From Lobosporangium transversale (taxonomy: Eukaryota): a stretch of 52,590 bases of DNA. The translations under genes and the position numbers were made by a program. Each line of letters starts with the position of its first letter. The stretch's first letter is position 1. The stretch is from contig NW_019029000.1 of the NCBI RefSeq assembly GCF_002105155.1, positions 620,001 through 672,590 of the forward strand, read 5' to 3'. Positions 34,455-47,727 of this stretch are shown one piece after another. The notes beneath the pieces were generated by a model. The model was not told the DNA's origin and did not search any database. It saw nothing but the letters and a program-made list of their open reading frames with translations.

Positions 34455-35060
34455 TGAGCAAGGAGAAGTGAGCACACCAAGCGAATTGCCGCAGCTGCAT
34501 CATCGGAATTTTCTCAAGCAAGTGGCAAGTTGTTTCTATTGTCTATTCCTATCTTTCCACCCATAAGTTTTGTGTTGAGGCCCGACAAGCCATTCCAAGT
34601 CACATCAGAGGAGCATCCGATCAAGCAAGCATCATTCAAGGAGATGATTGATAATGTTTACTGGATCATGCTTGAAGAGAAACCGATCAAACCTCGGAGA
34701 AAAGTGACAATATCACATTCCTCCGTTCCATGGTCCCAGGCGACATACACGTCAAGCTTAAAGTTTAGGAGCTCGTTATCAACAACGATCAGAATGTTAA
34801 GGCAACACCTAGATATTTAAAACATGCGGGACAATGTGTCATAAAAACTCGCATCAATACCGCATATGCAGGAGGACCGCCGAGGCTCGAGCATGAAGAA
34901 AAGAGTCGAATGTCAATCAAGTGAAAGGAATTTTGTCTTGTAATGAAAATACCATATCTATTGAGTATCCTTTACAATCGTTCATCCTTTATGAACGAAG
35001 CCATCACTATCCACTTGCCCTTTTGACAAACGGATGGCGCTTTTTAATCGGTCCTACACA
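34455..35060 (+). pseudogene. Diverged relic of CRN 3' end and 3' UTR
   Basis: FQVTSEEHPIKQASFKEMID and nucleotide similarity to ~11350-12000 with many indels. Confidence 0.85.
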
Positions 35061-35481
35061 CACACCCAAATCACTAGCCTCATTTTTACCAATCATCTCT
35101 TGTTTCCATCATCTGCAATGCCATCTATTATTCTAACATTTTATTATTCTAACATTTGATCTACTCCACAATTCTCGTTTCCATCTCTCTGACCTTATTA
35201 AGCACACTATCTTAATTAAAGGTAATTAATTGATTAATTAGAGCATGATGACTCTTTTTACGCGAAATATACCATTCTTTTTTCTCATTCCTCGTTCGTT
35301 CTCAATCAAATCAATATCCTAGTCTGGACTTTGAAAAAAAAAAAGACATTTTCTGCGGCGAGAATGGCAGAAAAAAAGAGCCTTTCCTGCGACGTGTTTT
35401 CGACTTGGAAACTTTTTCAAATTTAAAAAAAGAGACCTCCAGCCAAAATGTCAAGTTTGGTCCCCAGCCTGAGAGAAGTCC

Positions 35482-38400
35482 CCTTAGATACTCAAGTTAG
35501 CCAAATATGCGACACCCTTAAACAAAAAATAAAAGTTATTTCCATACAAGTCGTGTGGGTCATGTGGGTCATGTGGGCCAAATTATATATGGAAGTTCAC
35601 TCTAACCTGTCTCTAAGTCATATGGGAAAACCAGTTCTCATATATAAAAGTCATTTAAATGAACCTCAATCCAAACCAAACTTTGGATAATGTCAAAAGA
35701 CACTAATATAAAGCGATCTAGGGTAGTAATTGAAGTTTCTGAAGAAATTGAGTATCCGTAGTGACATAAAAACCGACTTTGGAAACCAAGTGTAGCTTGG
35801 TAGACACTTGTTTAAAAAATGTTTCGTTGAAATTAGTAAAAAAAGCAGAGCTCTATGATAAAACCTTCAAACTTCACCATATTCTCAGATTTAAAGGACA
35901 TGTCAATGCTGAATCCAATTGTGGTATTTTTACAGCGACTTAGTTTACAAAAATAACCATCCTTACTGTTTAAAGATGGAGGAGAGACTATAAATTCCAG
36001 AAATTACTCTATTTAGAGAGTTCAATGGGCATATTCTTGACAACCGCATTGCTAGTTCCTTGAAGTGCATATACATGACTTATAGATATAGCTTTTGGGT
36101 ACCAGAATCTATATTTTGCAATGTGTATCGCCATTACTGACAGAGTAATATTACTTTTGAACGAAAGAAGATGTACGTAATCTTGATTATTTTCAATGTA
36201 CAAGTTCTTTGAATGGAGGTATCTTACTGAAGACTTAACCGATTCTTTTCAACTTTTTTTTAAATCGTACCAATGGATCTTACCTACAAAATATATGGTT
36301 TTCAGTCTTGTAGATACTCTATATCAACAGAAAATGGATTTCTTTTTTCATCATTCTGTATAAAAATAAAAAAAAAGAAATCCTGATTTCTGATTGGCTA
36401 TTTCAATTGTGCTCTCTTTGATTGAATTGGATTGAATAGTTTTTTGATCAAATATATACATGTAAATATTTTTTTTTATTGGCGCTGCCGTTTTTGGTTC
36501 CCAGATGTATTTATCGTTCTTTGTAAAGAACAAAACCGTTCAACTATATCACTTAATTCCCTTGCTGCGTCGGAACTTCTCACAATGCTATCTGAATCAT
36601 GGAGACTCTTTTTGAGTATCACCAAAGATTCAGTAACCGCATCAGCAATCCTCTCCGCCTCAGCAACCTCCTCTGCTTCAGCATCCTCTACCTCCAACAG
36701 AGCATCACTCATGCTGGGGTTAACATTCCCTTCCAGGCCATCTTGAAAACTCTGGATCATAGCATGTCTATCAGGGACCCTCTCAAGGACATCATGTATG
36801 ATGCGGAGTGGTGGGTCTGGGTTATCCTTATGAACTTGATGCAAAAGATACATATGTCTGCATGGGCGCTGAGAATACATAAAGTACTGACAGTTACATC
36901 TTGAGATAGTTTCATTCGTGGCAACCACGAAATAATATCCGCCAGATACGGAGAACGAGCGCACACAGTAAACGGTTCGGTCTCCCACTTGCTGCTCGTG
37001 AACAATGCGCTGTGGAAGGTCTTCTAGACCATCTAGAAATTTTCTTTGGTGAAAGTCATCTCTCTCGCCTTTTAAATGTTGCCCATAGCGTCGCACAGTC
37101 TGCCTTGCCATCATTTGGTAAAACTCATCTACATCATGAGTTAAGATATAAACCAATCTATCTCCCCTGCAGTTTGTATAACCTCGTAAGAAGTGCGACT
37201 TAAGGTGGTTGTGCCAGGACTCGACGTAATTGTTAGTATCCATCCCGGCATAAAACTTTCCCATACGATAACATTTCATCCACCTTCTCCTTCGGTCTTC
37301 ACTGAGGTAGCGTTCTCTAAAATAATTCCAGACTTTGCCCTCATTATGATCCTGCCATTTCAACTCGAATTCTGAAATAAGAGTCTCAGCTCGCGTACGG
37401 TTTGGATCAAACAAAATTCTACGGAGCTCTCCCATCGCTTCCTCCCTCAACTCCTTAGCTGCCTTGTCTTGCGTTGCACAGATAACATTTCGAAGCTTGG
37501 CGCCCCAAGCTTTCATAACATGCCATAGACATAAATGAACTGTGACTGAGTCTCCAAACGCCAATCGGATTGCTTTGTATTCTGCTCGAGCATCATCAGT
37601 GGTGATGTATTCAGGAGAGCCAATGTTTTCTCTGATATGTTTCAACCATTTTCCCAACGGTACATGGCTATGATCGTTCGTAAGCAAGAAGGCAACTGGG
37701 ATAGCACTCAGACTTTGTGGGTTCCGCACAATTATGGTGTAAAGCTCGTGTTTAGAGCGTTTTGTTCCATGCGTTGAATCTAGCCCAATGTGTTTAAAAT
37801 TGGATCCATAAACTGATTTCTGGAACGGCGACATAAACCCATATGCAAATCTTGCATGATTTACCCCGTCTATTACGATGTGGTAGTCGAGCCTGAATAC
37901 AGTGAAGCCCTTGTCCTTTAGTTTGTCCATCCAGAGCCTCATCGAGACTAAGTCATTCTTTTCAAGCTGACTCTGCCCAGTTGAATATTTATAATAAATA
38001 TTGTACACATCCTCATACTTCAGGACATGGCCACGCTGCAAAGACCCTCTTTGGTGTCGCGAGAATGCCTGGCTGCCAGACAGGTTTATCCTTGTCAGAA
38101 TCTTTCTTGTACAGAGACCTAAACGGACAAGGTTTCGAATTCGCGATTTTGTTTCTTCTGTCACTCTGAGATGTTGAAGGTCCTCGAGACTGGCAAGAGT
38201 ATGCCCAGTGTGCTTGTAGTAATATATCACACGCAGCTGGTTCCTTTCTCCTCTACTTGCGAACTCTTCCATATTGGGTTTTACGTCATGAACAATTAGT
38301 CTGGCTTTACAGCCTACTTTCTTGGTCGGTTTATAAACATTGCGGGTTTTCTTGGCTGGCCTCTCAAGTAGTTGATCTTGGTCAGTAATCTTTTTTTTGC

Positions 38401-39255
38401 GTGGGGCGCCTGCACAGTGGCAGAAATAAAGTTGAAATGAACGCAGTTTGCCTTTGCTATCATTGTCGTTGGTGACTTCAGAGTCTTCATTGTCTTCATT
38501 TCTACCATTTATCTCAGAGTTGCCTTTATTCCAAATAAAAAAGTGATCGCTGCCATCTCGGTCCTTCCACAGTTCAAAGTCTCTTTTGACCACATAGAAT
38601 ACGTGCGGCAAATAATCGTAGTCCTGTTTCTTAATCCTGAGGCCATCAACAATATCCCTAATCTTAGCCTCTGGGACCATCGACTCAATCCAAGAGTATT
38701 CTTGTAGCTGCGCAGACACAATTGTGGAAGCCAGACTGACTGCACGAGCCTCCTTATCTTGACTCAACCTCGATATATCCTCTATTTCTTCTACGTTATT
38801 TTCAGATGGCGCCTCAACGAAAGTTTTCTTAAGAGATTCTGTTGCGAGGTCATTCCCGGAGGTGTTGTCTTCACCGGATGGTTCAACTGGCCCCCACACT
38901 ATTTCTGGCTCGGAATCTGACACATCCGAAGAATAGTCTTCACCATCATCACAGTCGTGCTCTTCAGGATCCGTATCAACGTCGGTAGCTTCATCATGAT
39001 CGTAGAATTCGAAGCCTGGCTCAAGGACCTCTTCAGTTGCATCCTCATCGTTACTCGAGGCAACTAAGGTATCAGTAGTGAGGACCTATAACTTGCATTA
39101 AGAAAAATAATTAATTATAAGCTAATGAACTAATCGAAATAGCTAGCATGTTCGTGATATTTATAAATACCATTGTGGAAAGGACGGCTAATATTATCTA
39201 TCTCAGAGAGAAGGAAGACAGTTAGAAATGAAGTAGGCTAATTTGAATTTACGCG

Positions 39256-39288
<33 letters not shown>

Positions 39289-39533
39289 AGTAAAAAGGTT
39301 ACCTGGGACAAGAGATGGACTACAGAAACACGAGAAGGGCCTGAATGGAGTCTGCAGGAGAGCTATCCTGACATAAATAAAATGGGTAATGAGCGATGGA
39401 AGAGGATTAAATGGCGATGGTGATTCGGAAGTATCAACTGGCAGAAAGGGATGGATTTAGCAAAAAGCCTACTACGTCACCTCATTAAAAGTTATAATTA
39501 AAAAATACCACTACGTAACTTGAGTATCTAAGG
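35482..39533 (-). mobile_element. Mutator-like (MULE) DNA transposon with 18-bp TIRs
   Basis: CCTTAGATACTCAAGTTA (35482-35499) and its exact reverse complement (39516-39533) bracket the transposase. No TSD recognised. Confidence 0.72.
36476..39085 (-). CDS. MULE transposase with SWIM zinc finger (main exon; short upstream exons probable to ~39375)
   Basis: GCKARL..HTGH N-terminal finger, LDSTHGT, ITTDDA, HLCLWHV, DTNNYVESWH and CNC..RPCRH. The frame stays open to the acceptor AG at 39086-39087. Confidence 0.9.
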   Translation of the reverse strand, partial: VLTTDTLVASSNDEDATEEVLEPGFEFYDHDEATDVDTDPEEHDCDDGEDYSSDVSDSEPEIVWGPVEPSGEDNTSGNDLATESLKKTFVEAPSENNVEEIEDISRLSQDKEARAVSLASTIVSAQLQEYSWIESMVPEAKIRDIVDGLRIKKQDYDYLPHVFYVVKRDFELWKDRDGSDHFFIWNKGNSEINGRNEDNEDSEVTNDNDSKGKLRSFQLYFCHCAGAPRKKKITDQDQLLERPAKKTRNVYKPTKKVGCKARLIVHDVKPNMEEFASRGERNQLRVIYYYKHTGHTLASLEDLQHLRVTEETKSRIRNLVRLGLCTRKILTRINLSGSQAFSRHQRGSLQRGHVLKYEDVYNIYYKYSTGQSQLEKNDLVSMRLWMDKLKDKGFTVFRLDYHIVIDGVNHARFAYGFMSPFQKSVYGSNFKHIGLDSTHGTKRSKHELYTIIVRNPQSLSAIPVAFLLTNDHSHVPLGKWLKHIRENIGSPEYITTDDARAEYKAIRLAFGDSVTVHLCLWHVMKAWGAKLRNVICATQDKAAKELREEAMGELRRILFDPNRTRAETLISEFELKWQDHNEGKVWNYFRERYLSEDRRRRWMKCYRMGKFYAGMDTNNYVESWHNHLKSHFLRGYTNCRGDRLVYILTHDVDEFYQMMARQTVRRYGQHLKGERDDFHQRKFLDGLEDLPQRIVHEQQVGDRTVYCVRSFSVSGGYYFVVATNETISRCNCQYFMYSQRPCRHMYLLHQVHKDNPDPPLRIIHDVLERVPDRHAMIQSFQDGLEGNVNPSMSDALLEVEDAEAEEVAEAERIADAVTESLVILKKSLHDSDSIVRSSDAARELSDIVERFCSLQRTINTSGNQKRQRQ

Positions 39534-40078
39534 ATATTCAAAGGACGAGCCTAGAGAAAGGGAATCGATATCGAACAACTTAATGGTCTATTCATATAGT
39601 GATAGTTGATGATGTGTTTCGGCTGAAGGCTCTGGTGTAAGGGATTGGGATAGTTGTTTTTGGCGCTCAACGCGCCTACTTTCGCCAACTATCTTTGATG
39701 GATTAAACTCTTGTGTCAGAGCGAGGCTATAACTATGACAATATTAAACATCAAGTCCGGGGGTGAGTAATGAAATGGGAAGAGTGGTGAGGGTAAAGCA
39801 GTAAATAAAAGAAGGGTAAAGCTCTATCTGAGAGCGTGAGAAAAAAAGCAGAATGGTGGTTGTTCCATTGTGCGATTGTCAGCTCAAAAAGAAGGCATGA
39901 TTTACCCATGGAAAAAATCCACGCAAGGGACACGCAAGAATATTTTGCATTTTTTTTTTTTTTATTGATCTTTTTTCTTCCTCTTTTCCTTCCTCTTTTC
40001 TTCGTTCCCTCAATACCGATACCACTATCTTACCTTTTTACCTTTTTTCTTAAATCCTCTTTTCCTCCGGTTTCTATA

Positions 40079-40715
40079 ATGGCAACTAATAACTATGGCG
40101 CCACCAGTGCTGCTGCATCACAACCCCACCAAGACGAGGAATCTCAAGCGTTGTTGAACAACAGACCTCAGAGTAACGTCAACACCGAAGCAAATGACAC
40201 GTTCTATGGCCGTACGTTTGTCCATGTTACCACTCATCGCAAGCGTTACTTTGCTTTATGGCTCTTGGCTGCTATCGCTGCCATCTCAACCGTTCTTGCA
40301 CTGCATTTCTATCACAAGTCAAAGGAACATCATGGCGGTCACGATCTGCAGTATCCAGTGAATGACCTTGCAAAGAGCGTCAACAACAATGACAACCTCT
40401 TCAGTCGCCCACCCCGCTGTGAATCCGACAGGTCATACCCTATTGCCATCCTACTATCTGTCTTCCTTGGATATCTTGCGTAAGAAAAAAAAAAAGAAAA
40501 AGAAAGGAAAGGAAAGGAAAGGAAGAAAACAGGAACGATTGAAGCTAACCGCCATGTTCTTTTCTTTATAAAAAAAAATGCTAGTGTTGATCGCTTTTAC
40601 CTTGGCTACATCATCTCATCTTTGCTCAAGTTTATTACTGGTGAGTTTCATTCTCTGTAAAACCATCAAAAGGGCAGAACTCAGGAGTGAACACATCTCA
40701 TGATTTTTGCATTAC

Positions 40716-40749
<34 letters not shown>

Positions 40750-41012
40750 CAAGCATGTGTCCACTTTTCACTTCCGCATACTGAAAAAAAAAAAATACTC
40801 CGCGCGGGACGATTCTGGAAATCACAGCCTTTTTTTTTTTTTTTTTTTTTTTTTCAATTACAGTTACTAAAAACAAACCTGATTTTCTCTTCTTTTGAAC
40901 TGCAATGATTGTTCTAGCTGGAGGATTTGGTATCTGGTACATTATCGATATTATCCTCATCATTATTGGTGGCCTGCCCGATCATAATGGTTGCCGCCTT
41001 GTTGCTCCTTAA
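40079..41012 (+). CDS. TM2 domain-containing membrane protein (exons 40079-40479, 40585-40640, 40918-41012)
   Basis: Spliced product AILLSVFLGYLAVDRFYLGY..LLKFITAGGFGIWYIIDIILI is the TM2 (DRF) signature. Confidence 0.9.
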
Positions 41013-41236
41013 AAAAAAAAAAAAAAAAAAAAAGAAGCAGCCAAGGCTTGCATATGCCTACTATTGTCCACTATAGCTCTTTTATTCCTCATTTTCGCAT
41101 TGAACAATTCTCGTGTAAATAAAAAAGATGAATTAGCAAAATAAAATAATAAGCTGCATCTTGGGCTTAATCTAATCTCCGAAGCATTATCGCGTATCAT
41201 TTTTCGTATTATTTTTATTATTATTATTTTTCCTTT

Positions 41237-44200
41237 TTACAGATCTTCATCAGAATCCACCTCCATCACCTCAGCTCTGCTTATGCGGTTATCGATAGTT
41301 TTGGTACAGTCTCCCAACAATTTAGCTGGAGCGTAAAGTACTTTGTCTTCCTTCTTGCCGCTCTGCTTGCCCTTGTCTTCATCTCCATTAAGAGCAACTG
41401 TTTGGTCCGATGATCCTGTTACCCAATTCAAATCCATACCCGTGAGACTAGTTAGTGATCCATTTAAGTCCTTCATCAGAGATTTTACTGCAACTTTTGT
41501 GCCATCTGTATCCACTTTGGCATCTTGCCGCTCGGTCTCCAAGTCTAAAAGAACTTTTTGTGTCTCAGGGAGGATCTTCATTAGATTATTGATAAGCACC
41601 TGTCGCTTCTGACTCTTGCTCAGCTCTTGTTTCGATACACCATTAACGTTATTTCGTTCCATCGCTGCGTGATGGAGCTGCGCCATGCCTTCCTTCTCAA
41701 GTTCCACTGCAAGTAATTTGCGATGCATCCGAATGGCTTCCATATACCGTGAGTGACTGACATAATACATGATCAAAAATTCTTGAGCAACTTCCCGAGT
41801 GAGGCCTGGATGTGTATCGCAATATCGGATAAATATCTGTTCTTCCCTCTCATTCATCGTCAATAACGACAGTGACTGAATTGCTTTCCTGTTTGGTTTA
41901 TCTGCGTTTTACAAGTAATAATATATTAGGTTATTCACCAATGATATCATATAGCATTCCATTCCATTATTTTGCCATGATCAGCACACATTTTAAGCCA
42001 AAAAAAAAATAAAAATAAAAATAAAAATAAAAATAAAAATAAAAATAAAAATAAAAATAAAAATAAAAATAAAAATAAAAATAAAAATAAAAATAAAAAT
42101 AAAAATAAAAATAAAAATAAAAATAAAAATAAAAAAAATAAAAAAAAATAAAAAAAAATAAAGCACTTACTAAGGAAAGTATAATCAAGCAGCTGTACAA
42201 ACAAATATCCATCTTTTTCTGCAGAGACATCTAGAACCATGTGCGCGTCATCACTTGCATCCTCTTCGGGATTCAAACGGGTTACTGATCGCTGGAAATA
42301 AAAAGCCTCTGTGAAATCAGTATCCAGCAAAATCTTCATTTTGAGGTCGATAAACCGTTCTGAAGTCAAATTAAGATTGGCTGCGACAAGAAATTGCCTT
42401 GCCAACTGAGGAGATCCATGTAGACTGATAGCCTCGACCACATCCTCGATCCAGTCTACTGTCAATCCTGGCCGAGAAAGATAAAAAACAGCATTCTACA
42501 TTGATATAAAAACCAATAGTTCGATGAGTTATTATCTAGGCGGGCAAACTGATGCCACACAAGAAGGGTTTTTTGTACCTTGAACTCAAAGTTATCAAGC
42601 GACCAGAACCCGTTCATAAGATCAACAAATTTAGGAGGGATCCTGTACTCTTTCAAGAATTGTTCACTTGCTTCGCCATGTTGATTCTTCAAAAGATAAT
42701 AAGCTAAGCAGTTCCGGTTGTCAGAGTTGAGATCGCCACTGAAATAGATATTGGTCCACAGATTACGTTGTTGAGCGTGATTCCTTGGAGGATAGAGCAC
42801 GCCGGCTAGGTTAAAATAAGCGTCATAAGCTCATTTCAATAAGTATTAAACATAGACTACAAAGTCAAAAAAAAAAAAAAAAAAAAAAAAAAACAATCAA
42901 AAAGTAGCACATGAAGAGATTATGTCGTCGTACTTTCCAGTTCCACGAATTCAAGAAGCCGATCATAAAAAAGCTTTCCACCTAATTGCTTCCGTCGCTC
43001 TACAATCTCTGCTAGCCCAGACTCCGTATAGTTGAATCTAACGTTTTCATCAAAGAAGGATCCGTATGCAGGCGCTAGGTCTTGATGTGCTGTCTCCTGA
43101 TTATCTTCGCCCTCAGTCCGTTCGGTTTCTTTGCGATTCCACTCGATATCAGCTGTATGGACATGGTTGACCATTTTGCTTAGGTACAAAACCACTAGTT
43201 CGTATGAATTAGTTTGTGGGCTGATGTCTAAAAGTGTTCCACCTTCCGTTGCTAGCATCTGCACATGGTCCAAATGTCTAACTTCCTTTTCGTAAATCTC
43301 TACTGTCGTCAGCTCCGATCTAAGGGGAGCATCCCCAATCTGAATTGAAAATGCACATTGAATGCGGAGTCCATTAATGTCTTCTGAGACTGCTATGGCT
43401 AAAGTCTTGCCTCCAATCACAGCCTCTCCTCCTAGTAATTGTGGCTCAACATGTCCCAGTAAGCGGTATTCAGATCGTTGTGCACGAAGGTAATAGATAG
43501 TCACTGTAGGACATCCACGATGGCTTTCAGCATCCTTTATATTCTGAGAATGTCCCTGGCCAACAACTAAGATGTCTAATGCCTCATCCTTGGTAGGCTC
43601 AAGTGTGATACTGGTGATAGGTAGTTTTTTTGAACGAAGGTCTTTGAGTGCCATAAGCACCTGAGGCTTCTCGTGTGCTCCATGATAATTAATGACATAG
43701 GCGTTAGCATCTGACATGCCTGCAACAATGACCGGAATGGATCTCGTGTTTTTGTTGGAAAGTGTGGCGAGTGATGTAACCTAAAGCAATACCAAAGCAA
43801 AGTTAAGTATATATTAGGCTTTTTTATTATGGTTATGGCTTAAAAGTCTGAAAGTTTGTTAGCAATGTACAACGTCCTTACAAATGCGTCTGTTGGGTTG
43901 TTGAGGGCGATTTGATGCTCTGCTTCCTATTATTCGGTCGGGTACGGCGTTAATATACCTTCACTTTAATGGCATTTTCTTGGGGAACATGTAGCAGCGT
44001 TGACAATTCAAAGAAATTTCCTACCTTGGCACAATTGACTTGTCCAGCCGATGACATAGTAAATTTGTAAAGCGTAACCCAACCGCTACGGTGTCCTAGG
44101 ATCAAGAGTTGTCTCCTATTGTTTCGAACGGATACTCGGCTCTGTATATCGTTGCTATATTCATGTTCATTGTCCTGTTCCTCTTCGTCCTCGTCCGGTT

Positions 44201-45005
44201 CAAACGGCGATGAGCCGGTCTCGCTAATATTCTGGTTATCTCTCTGCAGCAAGGACGATGATGATGATGATCGGGAGGACCAAGATCCGTATTTTGAGAT
44301 TAGTGGCCGGTAGAGAGGAGATGAAGCATATGTAAATGATGAAGGAAACATAGGAGACGTGGGAGACGTGGGAGACGTAGGGGAAGTAGGAGAAGAAGGG
44401 GATTTGGTCAATGGGGTCTTCCCCCAATGTTTTACTAAACGATGTCTCACCATGATTGCCTGCTGGGCCATGACTGTTACGGCGGTCAAGAGTCGTGGCG
44501 GCGAGACGAGCATTTGAAGGTGGAGTGTCAACAAGTTCCAAATAAAAACATGGTCTCTTTCCCCATGCATCTCTCGCGCTACGAATATTAATACATGAAA
44601 CTCGCCAACGTAGGCATCCTGTACATTGACGAAATAGATCTATGATGCGATTTCATCGACGAAAGAGTCAATGTTGATAGAGATCAGATAAGCGGCTCCC
44701 CACTCAGTGGTAACACCCCTGTTTGGTAATTAATCACGGAATAGCCCTTTAGAGAGAAATATATATAATACACATACATCATTGTCCTTCAATTGCTCTC
44801 CGAAATGTCGCTTGACTTCGTTGGCGGAAAGTGAGGCATAGACCTTTTCTTGACAAGTAAAGATGTCGCGGACTTCAATGAAGGTTGAATCAAATCTATA
44901 GAACCATAGAGCATCCGCGGTCTTTGCGCCGACGAATGCAGCTCCATGGAAATGTTCAGGATAAAACTCGTGCGTCACGGGCCTGAAATCCGTGACGAGT
45001 GCCAT
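41237..45005 (-). CDS. ELYS-like nuclear pore assembly protein (multi-exon)
   Basis: Consecutive minus-strand exonic ORFs. LYPP..LAYYLL..EQFLKEYRIPPKFVDLMNGFWSLDNFEF and TEAFYFQR resemble the fungal ELYS domain. The N-terminal half is beta-propeller-like. Confidence 0.75.
42001..42160. repeat. Intronic (TAAAAA)n microsatellite
   Basis: About 20 perfect hexamer units plus A-rich flanks. Confidence 0.95.
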
Positions 45006-45529
45006 AATTGATATGCGATCTGTCCGAAGGTAAGATGCTGATGCGCGTTTTATTTAGATGCATGAAATGAAGCATTCAGCTGTAGCGACTTTGACTCTCA
45101 AGCCACCTGGAAGCCAAAGCACGTGGGGGGCTCGTTAAGAATAGTCGTTTTGTCTCGCGTGTTTAAAGTTTAATGGCCAAAAAAAAAAAAAAAGCAGTGC
45201 TTGCATGCTTGTGCTCTGCGCGTTTGTTCCTGGTTCGTCTGGACTCCCTTTATTTTCCTTAGTTTATCCTTCAATTTTTTTTTGTCATCTCTCGTTCTCT
45301 TTCCTTCATTTCTCTCTTCATTTCAATTGTTCTCTCTCCATTCTTTCCATCCTTAAAGCTTCAGAGCTATTTACTTTAACGCACTTGCTAGTTTACGATA
45401 ATTTATATGATTATCTCCCCTCATAAAGTACACTTGCTTAACCTTCTTGTTTTTCCGGCCTATTAGTTTGTTCACAAAATAACCACAAAGATAAAAGCAA
45501 GAAGGGAGGGATAGAGATTGAGTGTTAGA

Positions 45530-47520
45530 ATGAGCACAGTTTTTCTACCCACTACTACAGTAACTGCCACAACTGGAGACGAAGACGGCGAACCTATCAG
45601 TTCCTCCAGCGCAACAGCAACGCACCACCATCATAGTCACCTTCGACATGGTTCCTCAGCCTCACTCAGTTCCCTCATATCCTTTTCTTCACCTTCAAGC
45701 CCGTCAGCGTCAAGATTAGAAGCCAAGGAAACAGCCGCCTCATCACATTTATCAGGACCGCAATCGATCCCTATCCGACTCATCCAATATGTGATTTCAA
45801 TTCTTCTCCAGATCAGAGGAAAGTTACCTATAGCATTACGTCCATGGTTCTGGGTGGGCCTTTGGTTGATCTTCGCGGTCTTTGGCCTTGCTATTTTTGT
45901 AGGATTCCATACACTAATATTTCAGCTCTTAGAAAGTATTGCAACATTCATCAAAGGCCTTGGACGAGCGTAAGGAACAAACCATACGCCTTACACTATC
46001 CATTTCCTCAATTCTTTTTCATCAAGAGCTAATCATTTATTTTGTCCTTGAATTTATTAGCGGTCCTTTAATTATAATGCTTGGGCTGTTTCTGACGGCA
46101 TTTCCACCCATTTTCGGTTACTCATCTCTTGTAACCATGTCTGGTAAGCCAGAAGTGGGGAAAACTACAGCCTTTATGTTGGCACACACACAATGCAGCA
46201 AACACTTTTTTTTTTTTTTTTTTTTTTGTCTTGGCATGAAGTTGAAAAGCCAATTGTAATCTAAAGCCACGTAATATAAAAATAGGATATGTCTACGGGT
46301 TTGCTTTTGGTTTATTCATCGCATATACATCTGCGCTTCTTGGCTCTGTTGCTTGCTTTTACTTATGCAGACGCTGGTTTAAGGTTCAAGTCAGGACGCT
46401 TATGGCCAAGAAACAGGGCATGAAATCTGTTGTTAAAGCAGTCGAGAAGCGAGGATTTAAAGTAAAGTAAAAAAAGAAAAAAAGCAATGACATTGGTACC
46501 ATTTAATGCTCTACCTTCCAAAGCAACTCAATAGTCAATCCAAAAACTTTTTTTTTTTTTTTTTTATTTTTTGGATAGCTAATGCTCTTAATCCGTCTGG
46601 CGCCATATCCTTTCAACGTTATGAATGCTCTACTCTCTGCGACCCATATCCCTCTCTCAACTTACACATTTGCTACAGCACTCTCGCTTACAAAGTTGGC
46701 GCTTCATATCTATATCGGATCTACATTATCATCACTCGCCACAGTACCACCTTCAACAACTACCCCAGCCACAGATACTGAGCAACAACAATCACAAGAA
46801 GATGAGGCCCTAGTTGATACAAATCAACATGGGCAAAGTCTGAAGATCTTGATTATGCTAATAAGCATGGCATTAGGTATCGGGGTTGGGGCCTATGTTT
46901 GGATCGTAGCAAAACGTGAGATCGCAGCAAATGAAGGGATTAGGATCGAGCGGAGAAGGAAAAAAAGACAAAGCCTTCGTCAGAGTCGCGCGTCCATGAG
47001 AGCTTCTCCTGAAACAAGGATCCCTGCTGCTAGACGTGGATCTGCCAGGGTAGGAAGCCATCTCTTGCCAAGGAGTAGTTCCTCAGGAGGATTAGATTTG
47101 TTGGGTATTGATTTAGGGTCTAATGGAGCGATAGGTCAAGGAAGATTATCTGATTTTGTGGGTAATGGAACTCTGCACATATATACGGAAGAGGATGAAG
47201 GGAAGGAAGATCAGGCTCTTGTTGGTGGCACAGATTCCTATGCCCATACTCAACGTGTATCACGTTCGTCCACAGGGAGTCAAATGGAATACGGATCTGA
47301 TTCTTACGGCTCTGATAATTTGAACGATGAAGACGACGACGATATGAGCGATGTAGAGCGCGGCATGGATGATGAAGATTTACTTATCTGTAATAGCACC
47401 GAGATGAGCATCAGAAACTCATTTCAATACAATCGCCATCCACAGACAATACGGAGAACGGAATTAGAAACCATGGATTGGTTCGCACTGAATGGTCTCG
47501 ATATTAGTGACCGCGGCTGA
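45530..47520 (+). CDS. TVP38: TVP38/TMEM64 family (SNARE-associated, VTT/DedA domain) membrane protein, multi-exon
   Basis: FPPIFGYSSLVTMSG|YVYGF..ALLGSVACFYLCR..AVEKRGFK|LMLLIRLAPYPFNVMNALLS..LHIYIGS. Confidence 0.85.
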
Positions 47521-47569
47521 TGAAGTGACCTAAGTTATATAAACCATTACTTATACTTTAATTGTAATC

Positions 47570-47610
<41 letters not shown>

Positions 47611-47727
47611 GAAAGTCAAGAAGTGCTATGCTAAAGTCTATGGTCATCTTTATTAACCCCTATTGGGCACATCCACAACTAATGAAAGCCAACACAATCC
47701 AGCCCTTGCGGACCCCGATTTTTCTTC

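Noticed and set aside
41967..42230. FY/FL-repeat proteins and poly-F/poly-K ORFs
   Set aside because: Translations of an intronic microsatellite and homopolymer runs.
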